NCBI GenBank assembly: GCA_949373075.1
Contig: CASIBX010000002.1
Location: forward strand, 1,019 to 65,018
DNA length: 64,000 nt
Source of the DNA: Candidatus Poseidoniaceae archaeon
GTDB taxonomy: Archaea; Thermoplasmatota; Poseidoniia; Poseidoniales; Poseidoniaceae
Reading direction: 5' to 3'
Both the position numbers and the translations under genes were made by a program. The notes beneath the pieces are model-generated. The model had not been told where the DNA came from, searched no databases, and saw nothing but the letters and a program-made list of their open reading frames with translations. Shown here in pieces: positions 39,638 through 48,800 of the stretch (position 1 is the stretch's first letter; every line of letters begins with the position of its first letter).

Positions 39638-40444
39638 AATAAACTCCTTCAGTTTCTCTCTGGCTTGTTGGTCTTCGATTCCATTATTGGATAATAACCA
39701 ATCTAGGTAACGAGGGTCTTCTTTCGCAATTGTTACCAAGTCTTTCCCTTTATGCCGTCCAAATGCTACGATGTATACGCCATCATTAATTCGTATTCTT
39801 CCTTGTTGGTCAAATGATTCTAAGTCGCCAAGTGCACGTCCCAATTCACTTTCCTCTTTGTTCACTTCACCGTGAATAAGCCATTCTTCTATTTCACTCA
39901 ATGAGCGCCTGAAACTGGAAGGGTGGTCTCTCATAACTTTCCACAATAATAGCAGACTAGCAGCCGCATCTGCAGCCGCATCATGGGCATTTGATAGATC
40001 GATTCCATGTAGCGCACACTGCGCTCCTAAATTGTGGGGCCTAGCAATCTTCAATCTTCTAACCGCTTCTAGAGTATCCAATACTACGAGTGGTTTGGGG
40101 GGAACCATTCCGCATCTGTAATATTCATTTTCCAACAATGGCATATCGAATTTCCTCGCATTATGTCCAACTATTACAGCGCCGTCCATAAGTTCGAATA
40201 ATTCTGCAGCATAGTGCTTGAATACAGGCTCGCTTCTAACTTTGGAATCAAAAATGCCGTGAACCCTAGATGCACCCATTGGAATCGGGCGTTGCGGATT
40301 TACCAACACATCATAGTGAACAGTACTCCCATCGGCTTTTGCACCAACAAGTGCGACCTGCACAATTCGGTCATTATTTGTTGAAACTCCAGTGGTTTCA
40401 AGGTCGAATGCTAGAACACGTTGCCCCTCTAGAACATCGACCAT
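39617..40444 (-). CDS. DEDDh 3'-5' exonuclease (DnaQ/epsilon-like) with a C-terminal extension
   Basis: Exo I LAFDLETTGV, Exo II IVGHNARKFD and Exo III HDAAADAAA motifs. Confidence 0.75.
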   Translation of the reverse strand: MVDVLEGQRVLAFDLETTGVSTNNDRIVQVALVGAKADGSTVHYDVLVNPQRPIPMGASRVHGIFDSKVRSEPVFKHYAAELFELMDGAVIVGHNARKFDMPLLENEYYRCGMVPPKPLVVLDTLEAVRRLKIARPHNLGAQCALHGIDLSNAHDAAADAAASLLLLWKVMRDHPSSFRRSLSEIEEWLIHGEVNKEESELGRALGDLESFDQQGRIRINDGVYIVAFGRHKGKDLVTIAKEDPRYLDWLLSNNGIEDQQAREKLKEFISSVRDW

Positions 40445-40520
40445 ATCACATAGGCCGTAGGTCGACCCAAATGAACATCACTACACAATGGCTATTGTGA
40501 TGGTGTCGTAAGAGTCTGCT

Positions 40521-40847
40521 ATGGGAATCAAAGATTGGTTCAAGAAAAAGCCGGAGTCGGTCGAACAGATAGTTGAGCCTGAAATCGAATTGCCGGAACT
40601 TGATAGAGATGCTCTTTTCGAAGAAACTCGCAATCTTCTTGAAGCCGATGATGTTAAATTGGCTCCTGAAGAAATAGTAGAAACTACACCTGAATACGAC
40701 TCAGGAGATGTTGAAATCAGCGCACTTCTAGACGATGATATGGAATCAAATTACGATTTGAATACAGTTGAAGATTTCGAAGTTGAAGACATGTTATCTG
40801 GAGCAGAAATAGTTGGGGATTTACCAGAAGAAGTTGATTTTGAATAG
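40521..40847 (+). CDS. small highly acidic hypothetical protein
   Basis: 108 aa, very rich in D/E, likely disordered. Confidence 0.3.
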   Translation: MGIKDWFKKKPESVEQIVEPEIELPELDRDALFEETRNLLEADDVKLAPEEIVETTPEYDSGDVEISALLDDDMESNYDLNTVEDFEVEDMLSGAEIVGDLPEEVDFE

Positions 40848-40904
40848 AAGCCAGCTCACTCATACGAGGGACATGGTTAGATATGAAATATGTAAGCGGC
40901 GTAT

Positions 40905-42068
40905 ATGAACACGAAGAAAGGCCTGTTATTAGCGGCTCTTCTTTTGGTTCAATTAACAGCTGGCTGCACCGGAGTTTTAGACAGCACAGTGAATCCCCGT
41001 GCTGTTTTGACAGCTACTCCTATGGAGATCCAACAAGGGGAAGGAGTCACATTTGATGCAAGAGGTTCAGATGCCATAGAAGGTGTCATCACAGAATTCC
41101 AGTGGGACTTTGGCGATGGTTCACAAGCCACCACAATTGCAGGTTTCACTTCGCATCAATTCCTAGAATCAGGCCAATTCAATGTGCGTCTAACAGTTAC
41201 CAATGACCAAGGCGGTACCGACTCTTCCAGCGTGATGGTTCGAGTTAACGGCGCCCCCGTCCTAAATTTGTCAATACCCAGCGATGTTCGTAGTGGAGAC
41301 ATAGTGCTGCTAGATGCTTCTGAAACCGAAGACCCGGAAGGCGGGGTATTGTCTTTCAAATGGGATTTAGATTTCATGTCGGATAGTGATGGAGATGGAG
41401 ACCCTCGTAACGATATAGATTCCACCGAAAACCGAGTATATCTGCCAACAGAATCAAGCGGAACAATACTGGGTTCGTTGTCAGTGGATGATAATCAGGG
41501 TGGAATTGTAAATCAGCAATTCACCATAGAAGTCCAACCTCGCCGCTACAAGGTGGCTTGGGTTGAAAACACCCTTGAGTGGAATTATGATGAATATCTG
41601 GCCCAAGGGGAAACTTGGAGCGATAATATGACTCCAGGATTTGGTGTTAGAATAATAGCATACGAGGCTTTGTTAGAACTGGACCAAGACATTTTACTCC
41701 CCCCTGATAATTTCACATTATCACTAAATGTAGTAGATGATGGCCACCGTAGATCAGCACAAACTAGCCCTGGTAATCTAACGCAGAATGAATCTACAAA
41801 AGCTGAGATAAACGCTAGTGAATTGAATCCAGTAGGCCCCGAAGGGATTTTTGATGCTGATAGTGAAGAGCAATTACTGGAGGGATTACTCAATGAGCCG
41901 GGCGCTCGTTTCGGTCAAGGCGAATGGATTTGGACGATATATGCGCAGAACTCAGACCCAGATTCGATTTTGCCAGGCCAGCCTGACCCTGACGGTGGGA
42001 ACGATTGGACTCTAACGATAATAATTACAGTTCTAACTCCGGTACTTACCGAAGTGGCTTACGATTGA
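40905..42068 (+). CDS. secreted PKD-domain protein (possible lipoprotein)
   Basis: N-terminal LLLVQLTAGC lipobox-like signal. PKD signature FQWDFGDGSQ and a second PKD-like unit (FKWDLDFMSDSDGDGD). Confidence 0.6.
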   Translation: MNTKKGLLLAALLLVQLTAGCTGVLDSTVNPRAVLTATPMEIQQGEGVTFDARGSDAIEGVITEFQWDFGDGSQATTIAGFTSHQFLESGQFNVRLTVTNDQGGTDSSSVMVRVNGAPVLNLSIPSDVRSGDIVLLDASETEDPEGGVLSFKWDLDFMSDSDGDGDPRNDIDSTENRVYLPTESSGTILGSLSVDDNQGGIVNQQFTIEVQPRRYKVAWVENTLEWNYDEYLAQGETWSDNMTPGFGVRIIAYEALLELDQDILLPPDNFTLSLNVVDDGHRRSAQTSPGNLTQNESTKAEINASELNPVGPEGIFDADSEEQLLEGLLNEPGARFGQGEWIWTIYAQNSDPDSILPGQPDPDGGNDWTLTIIITVLTPVLTEVAYD

Positions 42069-42069
42069 T

Positions 42070-42432
42070 TCAGTTAAACTGAATTGGCTGAACAGTCTTC
42101 CAATTTGAATTAGCAAGTTTCTTTGCTTTACCGTCTGCAATAATCGGATGAATGTGACTTAGGCGCCCATGCATACCATGGACTCCAAACTTTACGCGAA
42201 GTTCCACTTGGCGGTCACGCTCAGCGGCTTCCAATTGCTCATCATCTAGTTCTACACTCGCCATCTCTTTACCAGTAGTGGCCGAGGAAATCGAAAACGT
42301 GTTACCATTTACTTGCGTTCGTGGCCTGAAGTCCATATCATCAGGGTTATTCATCCAAGCCTCTATGTCAATAGAGAGATAATCTCGAATGTTTACTCGC
42401 TTGATTGCGATAGAATCTACCATGATGACCAA
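42070..42432 (-). CDS. hypothetical protein
   Basis: 120 aa. No family recognised. Confidence 0.3.
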   Translation of the reverse strand: MVIMVDSIAIKRVNIRDYLSIDIEAWMNNPDDMDFRPRTQVNGNTFSISSATTGKEMASVELDDEQLEAAERDRQVELRVKFGVHGMHGRLSHIHPIIADGKAKKLANSNWKTVQPIQFN

Positions 42433-42530
42433 TCACTCCGAGAGGCCTGTTATTCAAAATCTCTCGCATTGATGGGGCCGGTGGGGTTACGCCCTAGTGT
42501 TTCATATGGGTTGATGTTGATTTACAAATT

Positions 42531-42812
42531 ATGTCACCACCAACAATCGGTATAGGCACTCAGAAAAAAGCAAGATTACAAAGATTGAAAGATGAAGTTA
42601 AGCGATTTGTATTTGCAAACCCTGGTTGTAGTGCACAAACCATTGTGGCCCATTTGTCTCATGATAAGAAACTACGAAACCATGGCTTAACCCCAAGGAA
42701 AATTGGCTTCTTTATCCCTCGACATTTGAAATCACACTTGGTATGGTGGCAGGACCATATTGCAGGAAGAAGAGTTTACGGCCCGGATGAATACGATGAA
42801 TCGACAGCCTGA
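42531..42812 (+). CDS. small basic hypothetical protein
   Basis: 93 aa. Possibly a winged-helix-like nucleic-acid-binding protein; this is weak. Confidence 0.3.
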   Translation: MSPPTIGIGTQKKARLQRLKDEVKRFVFANPGCSAQTIVAHLSHDKKLRNHGLTPRKIGFFIPRHLKSHLVWWQDHIAGRRVYGPDEYDESTA

Positions 42813-42838
42813 AAGGGCCCCTCCGCTACCATCTTACC

Positions 42839-43501
42839 ATGGGTGGAGTTACAGCATACTTCGATCTTGACGGCACCCTGCTCGATGCATCAAGCGAAAA
42901 AAGCCTGACTGCACTACTTTCTCGCCGCCGCCCGTGGAGAATCCCTCTTGGTGCGACTATGTGGGCATTGGGCTTCATTGGCAATCTCCTCAGGGCCCGT
43001 TCAGTTTACGATTCAGCCCGTAATCGCGGCCATTTGGCACTTTGTAATTGGGAGACACTCCGAGGGCTATCGAAGGAATTAGTTGAAACCAAATTATCCA
43101 AACGAGTATCTCAAGAAGCAAGGGACAGATTGGATTGGCATCGAGGGCAAGGTCACCGCCTAGTACTCGTAACCGCCACTGTAATGCCGATGGCACAAGC
43201 TATGTCTGACGAACTTGGAATGGATGCAGTGTACGGTTGTGGTCCAGAAAATATGACCGGGACAATGAGCGGTTCTGAAAAAGGATGGAACGTCCCTCGC
43301 CGTAAAGGAAAGGTCCCTGTGGTTCAAGAAGACGCAGAATCATTAGGGCATGATTTGGCAGATTGTTGGGGCTATGGTAACACTCATGCGGACTCATTCT
43401 TCATGTCAATTACCGGAAACCCTGTCGCAGTCAACGCTGAAGGCGGATTGAAATCTCTTGCAAAAGAGAAAGAGTGGCCTCAATTTGAATGGCGTGTATA
43501 G
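42839..43501 (+). CDS. HAD-superfamily hydrolase, subfamily IB (phosphoserine-phosphatase-like)
   Basis: Motif I YFDLDGTLLD and motif IV GYGNTHADSFFMS...NPVAVN. Confidence 0.7.
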   Translation: MGGVTAYFDLDGTLLDASSEKSLTALLSRRRPWRIPLGATMWALGFIGNLLRARSVYDSARNRGHLALCNWETLRGLSKELVETKLSKRVSQEARDRLDWHRGQGHRLVLVTATVMPMAQAMSDELGMDAVYGCGPENMTGTMSGSEKGWNVPRRKGKVPVVQEDAESLGHDLADCWGYGNTHADSFFMSITGNPVAVNAEGGLKSLAKEKEWPQFEWRV

Positions 43502-43549
43502 TCCGCCCGTCGCGCTTAAATGGAGAAGGCAGGTCGCCGAGTCTGCACT

Positions 43550-43623
43550 GGCCCCATAGTGTAGCCTGGATATCACAGTGGCTTGCGGAGCCACGAACCC
43601 GTGTTCGAATCGCGGTGGGGCCG
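43550..43623 (+). tRNA. tRNA-Arg (anticodon GCG)
   Basis: Folded by hand. Acceptor GGCCCCA/UGGGGCC. Anticodon stem GUGGC/GCCAC with loop UUGCGGA. T-arm CCGUG-UUCGAAU-CGCGG. Discriminator G. No encoded CCA. Confidence 0.7.
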
Positions 43624-43626
43624 CTC

Positions 43627-44250
43627 TTACTCCTCTTCAGTGACAAGAGTCACCTTCTGGTCTAAAGCGGCTCTAGCAGATGAGTTGAACAAAGGCAGTA
43701 TGGCAAGGCTTCCACAAATTACCATACAAAATCCACAAAGATATCCCAATATTTTGTTTGCTAAAATTAGACTTGGCGGCAGCATTTCCTTTGAGAGTGA
43801 ATTGATTTCAAGATTGGCATAACCGCCGCCTAATGCAGCGATAATGCTTCCAGCAATCACGAGTTTAGGGCCCATGGACTTCAATCTGAACAACATCACC
43901 CCTCCAACTAAGATGAGTATTGCTCCCATCATTACAGAACCTCCTCGAATTGTATATGCTCCGCTATCTCTAACCTCGTCGTGATAATCTTGATATTCCT
44001 CATCAGTAATATTTTCACCATTACTGGTTCTGACATTGGTTAGTAATCTATCTAATTCTTCTTGCGGTAGGTCATCTGCTTGGGATGATTGGAAATCCCC
44101 TACCGCTGTGAAACCCATAAGCAGAGAGCCGATAACCAGTAACACTGCTATTGTTTTTGGACCTTTTTTGTCAGGTCTTGGAGCAAATAGTGAGGCCGGT
44201 GGTGCTACACCATCATCGTCACTCATTCGAATCGAGAAATCCTTACTCAT
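43627..44250 (-). CDS. membrane protein, hypothetical
   Basis: 207 aa with 3-4 TM helices. It is the last gene of a four-gene minus-strand run that ends 4 nt from tRNA-Arg. Confidence 0.4.
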   Translation of the reverse strand: MSKDFSIRMSDDDGVAPPASLFAPRPDKKGPKTIAVLLVIGSLLMGFTAVGDFQSSQADDLPQEELDRLLTNVRTSNGENITDEEYQDYHDEVRDSGAYTIRGGSVMMGAILILVGGVMLFRLKSMGPKLVIAGSIIAALGGGYANLEINSLSKEMLPPSLILANKILGYLCGFCMVICGSLAILPLFNSSARAALDQKVTLVTEEE

Positions 44251-44689
44251 CGGTACATTCCTCCAATCCCTTTCGCAAAGTTTCAGGTATTACTAGAGAT
44301 GACATATCAGTCATACTTACGCAGACAGTAACCTGTTCACTTGACCAAAGAAGTTCTCCCTTTTGATTGCTAAACCTGTATTGCCAAGTACACGATTTAC
44401 TACCAATCTTGGAGATCCAGATTTTAGCGGTTACAGTGTCTCCATATCTAAACGGGGCATGAAACTCTGATTTGATGTCAACAACAGGAAAACCGACCTT
44501 CATTTCACCTATTATGTGGGGGTAATCTACCCCGCACATGTTCATCCACGAATCTTCAAAGAAACGATGTGCAAGGTCGTAGATGCGTGGGTAGAAACCA
44601 ATCCCTGCCATATCGAGCATTGGAAAGTCGACTCGGCGACTTAATTGCACAGCCATGCCAATGCGTGTGGGGCTCGCTTTTTCAAGCAT
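44243..44689 (-). CDS. hotdog-fold acyl-CoA thioesterase (4HBT/YbgC-like)
   Basis: 148 aa. The fold length fits and there is a conserved acidic catalytic region. An alternative internal Met start lies at 44656. Confidence 0.55.
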   Translation of the reverse strand: MLEKASPTRIGMAVQLSRRVDFPMLDMAGIGFYPRIYDLAHRFFEDSWMNMCGVDYPHIIGEMKVGFPVVDIKSEFHAPFRYGDTVTAKIWISKIGSKSCTWQYRFSNQKGELLWSSEQVTVCVSMTDMSSLVIPETLRKGLEECTDE

Positions 44690-45104
44690 CCTCGGGCTTT
44701 GGCCATTTTTTGGCTAACACTTTAGCCAAGTCATCATCTAATTTTGCATTCCACCAATCGCTGCCTTGCCATATGGCATATTTTCCTCTAATGCCTCTGA
44801 TATCTGCTCCTTCAAATGAACAATTCTTGAAGTTTGAGATATTTAATCTAGCCTTTCTGAGATCAGCTCCTCTAAAATCACAATCATCAAATGCGGATTT
44901 CATTAAATCAGCTTCCACCATAGATGCACGTCTGAAATCCGAGCCGACAAAGTTTCCCTCTGTCATATCGACCTTGTCTAGTATGGATCTTCTAAAGTTA
45001 GAGCGGGGGTGGTTTCCTTGTCTCAGCAACTCATTTGCATGATTTTGGAAAGACCAATCCAAAGGAACTTCTTCCTTGTCGGTACCGCTCCCCGACATAA
45101 CCAT
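44682..45104 (-). CDS. pentapeptide-repeat protein
   Basis: Consecutive A(D/N)LxxA(D/N)FxG-type pentapeptide repeats (ADLMKSAFDDCDFRGADLRKARLNISNFKNCSFEGADIRG). Confidence 0.65.
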   Translation of the reverse strand: MVMSGSGTDKEEVPLDWSFQNHANELLRQGNHPRSNFRRSILDKVDMTEGNFVGSDFRRASMVEADLMKSAFDDCDFRGADLRKARLNISNFKNCSFEGADIRGIRGKYAIWQGSDWWNAKLDDDLAKVLAKKWPKPEDA

Positions 45105-45113
45105 GATATCACC

Positions 45114-45695
45114 TTAGAAGCGACTTCTTTTGTCGAGGTGGGCTCTGCCTTCTGGGGTCAGAATTGCATAACGATTCTTCTCTTTTGCCGAAGGTGGAGT
45201 TACTAAGAATCCACGCTCCTTTAGGCGGTTTAGATAGAGGGATAGGTTACCTGGTGGTTCTAGTCCAGCATCTTCAAACAATTGGTCTATGACTCTCGGA
45301 GGGCTATCATTTACGCCTTCTACGTCTCGCAAATATTGAATCGCTCCTAGCACTTGATCAGGTTTACGGATTAGACTGCAATTTTCGATTAGTGCCTTGA
45401 ATGCAGAGCCACGCTCAGGCAGCCCAGCGTCACGAGCAGCATCAACAGCAGCTTCTATCGCTCTCTCACGTGCATTTCTGATCCTGGATAGTGCTATCGA
45501 CCATGTATCGTCTTCTCTCACTTTAGTTAAGCGTTCATCCACACTGGTCTGAGCGCCAGAGAGGTCAATTTCAACATCGCCGGCTCGTATCAGAATTCTT
45601 GCTTCGTCATTCATATTGCCACTCTCTGCTTGCGCCGACCTGCCTCTTACTGATAACCATTTCATCAGTTCGATTTCGCAGCCCGAATACAACAC
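45114..45695 (-). CDS. hypothetical protein with a possible C-terminal winged-helix DNA-binding domain
   Basis: 193 aa. The C-terminal segment LYLNRLKERGFLV...KNRYAILTPEGRAHL resembles a wHTH. The start is uncertain. Confidence 0.35.
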   Translation of the reverse strand: MLYSGCEIELMKWLSVRGRSAQAESGNMNDEARILIRAGDVEIDLSGAQTSVDERLTKVREDDTWSIALSRIRNARERAIEAAVDAARDAGLPERGSAFKALIENCSLIRKPDQVLGAIQYLRDVEGVNDSPPRVIDQLFEDAGLEPPGNLSLYLNRLKERGFLVTPPSAKEKNRYAILTPEGRAHLDKRSRF

Positions 45696-45874
45696 TAGCC
45701 AAACTAAACGGGGTATTAAAGGGATGTTTATCCCAATAACGACTGTTATTAGTTCCCCTTGGTAAATAACATCCCGGCTCGATTCCTAGAACCTCGAAAT
45801 TCAAAGGAATTCAGGCCGCTAAGGATAAGGCACTTGAAGGGGGGTCCCTTTCATTCACATCCCCGGGTGTATAC

Positions 45875-48800
45875 ATGAAGCGCGTCTCCCCCATTTTGAT
45901 TATGCTATTATTGCTGGGTTCGTGCATCCCAATAGGTATTGTTTCTGCTTCAGGAGAATCATCAACCATATCGACATTTACTGGCGGTTTTGCATCTAAA
46001 GCCGTTAGCTTGCAAGGTGGCGTGACCGATAGTAATTCAACGATAGAAATACCTCGCAATGTCACATTCAATGCTGCAAGTTTCGATGTAGAAATCGACC
46101 AAAGCGATGCAAGTCCAGGGCAGGTTTGGATAGATCTGAATGAAGATGGAGTTTTTGAATGGGAATTTACAGGGACTGGTTATGGAAACATCGGGCATCA
46201 AAACCAATTCTATGATGGCAACGATTGGGCTTCATTTACCGGCAATGCAGGAACAACCTCTACTCCCGGAATTTTACTACCTTCAAGTTCATCATTGCAA
46301 TCTTCAAATCTGAATATTAGTTTTTCTCCTAGAGCAAGTGGAGGATTTTATTCGATTGGAGAGTTCCAAGAAGTGACAGAATCAGATATCGACGGTGACG
46401 GATTGCCAGAACCTATCTTTTTGTCAGCAATTAACTCAACAAACTCAACATCTTTCCAATGGGCAGACTGGGCCGCTAATGGCGGAATCACGATTTCAAA
46501 TTCAGTTTCAACATGTGATAATGCAACCTCTTTAGCGACCGGAGATGTAAATGGCGATGGAGTTGAAGACGTGGTGACTTTCTCCACTATTGCTAACCAA
46601 GCATGTGTTCATATCATGAATTCAACAGGATTTGATCCAGTTCTCAATGTTAGCATGTCTGATGGGTTATTAGATGGCAAATTGGGAGACGTAAATCATG
46701 ATGGAAGCGATGACATTGTGACAATTCATTCACAGGGAGTTCTGTCTTTGAGGACGTGGGACAATGTGTCCGGAGGCCTAACTACTGCAATTACTGAGAC
46801 AATAAGCCCTAACGGTTCTCAAGGAATGCCTGCAACTTTAGTTTCTGTCCATGTCGAAGATTTCTCCGCAAACGGTTCTGTTTCTGTATTGGTCAAGGAC
46901 CTAATGGGCCACTGGACCAATTGGAATATTACTAGCAATTATTGGGCGGGTCCATTAACAGCTTTCGATAATATCCAACAAAATGAAATCATTGTAGATT
47001 TGGATGGCGACGGCGACTTAGACTTAATCGGTTTGAACGACCAAGGATTTGCTTTGTTGGTAAACAATGGCACACAATGGAATGCCACAACAACCCAAGG
47101 GCAAATCGATATGATAAATTCAACCATAGCTGACTTTGATAATGACGGTGTGTTAGATTTACTTACTCCAAACCCTGGTTTTTCCGATGGCACACCTTCT
47201 ACTTTGGAAGGTAATATCACTTATCGTTCAATCAATGAATCTAGCGCAGGAAGCCAGTCAGTGGCAGTCTTAGAGCCTTGGTCAATTCCAACCTCAATCA
47301 TTGCTATGGATATGGATGGGGACGGCGTCATCGAACAGATTGTCTCTGCTGGGGAAGGTACCATGGGTGTATTCATCAGCGGTTGGCACAATGTCGAATT
47401 AGACGCTGATGGTGATGGAAACGTAGAGATGAGCCGCATTGGATATGCTGGCGATTCATCTAATGGTTTAGGCCCACTAACGCTATTTGATGATGCTGAT
47501 GGGCTGAGGGACGACATAGTCCCTATCTTTGGCTCCATGCCATTTACTACCGATGCTTATGGGATATCGATGATAAACTATTCAATGGATATAGAAAGCA
47601 CAGGAGTTGGTGAATTTAATCTAACGAATCTAGACTTTGGTTACGATTGTACTTTCTTTGTAGAAGGAAATCCTCACGCCTCTGCGAATCTAACCAATGT
47701 AATCAATCAAGGTATGACTGGTGGTGTAGGAACTTATTCGTTGGCGATTCCAGTAAATTCTTCTAGTCCTGGTCAAATTACGTTGACGAATGTTATTGCC
47801 ATCCACGTCCCAGGAGCGCCTAACTTGGCGCTGCCTACTACTCCAACATTGAGTTTGGTATCTACCTCTTCAGAGGAAATAGAATTGATTTGGAATGATT
47901 TAATCGACTTCGGCTCTGATTTAATCAGGTTCGAAGTTTACCGTTTGGAATCAGCAAATGAAACAATCTCAATATCCGATGTATACTCTGAGTCCATGAT
48001 TAACGTTGCAATTGATGACAACATTACAGTAGGGGCTACATATTGGTATGCTGTTCGCTCAGTTCACATCTATGGGGTAACCTCAAACCTATCCAATCTC
48101 GTACAAGTTACAGTTCCTTATCCAGCGCCACCGGGGCTTGTAAACGGGGTAATTCTCTCGGATGTCGATGCAGATAGTGGGGGGGTATTGTCGGTATCTT
48201 GGAATCACACAACAGAAACAGCTGATCATTACGAAGTCTATCTTGAAACAAGTGATTTCAGTACCATAATCGGCCTAACCTCTACTGCAACCGTTACTCT
48301 ATCTCAGAATTCAACAATCATTACCGATTTGACCGACGGGCAAGCGTATTGGGCCACAGTAGTAGCTGTTGACCAGTATGGAAATACAACCAATGCAGTG
48401 ACTGCAGTGGGTCCTGCTTATCCTCGTAATGATATTCCCGAAGCGGTGAACCTGCAAATTAATGTGAGTTCTGAAATCTCTCTTGGCTCTCCGTTCTTAC
48501 TCGAAATCTCTGCTCTTGTTGACCAATTGCCTACAACGCCTACAGGCACTGTTTTGATCACTATGGACACCAATACTGGCGCTCACTTAATCGGAACAAG
48601 TTGGGATTCAATAGACCTAATTGATTTTGCAGAACTCGGAGCCTTCACTTCCGATATTCATGGCGAAGTGACCTTCTGGGCCAATTACAGCGGCCATGTT
48701 GGAGATGTTCAAAATCAACCGATAGCGTCTGCTTCTTCATCGGTAACATCCACGGTTACGATAGGTGCAATATTCGCTGCAGAGTTATCAATATACGAAT

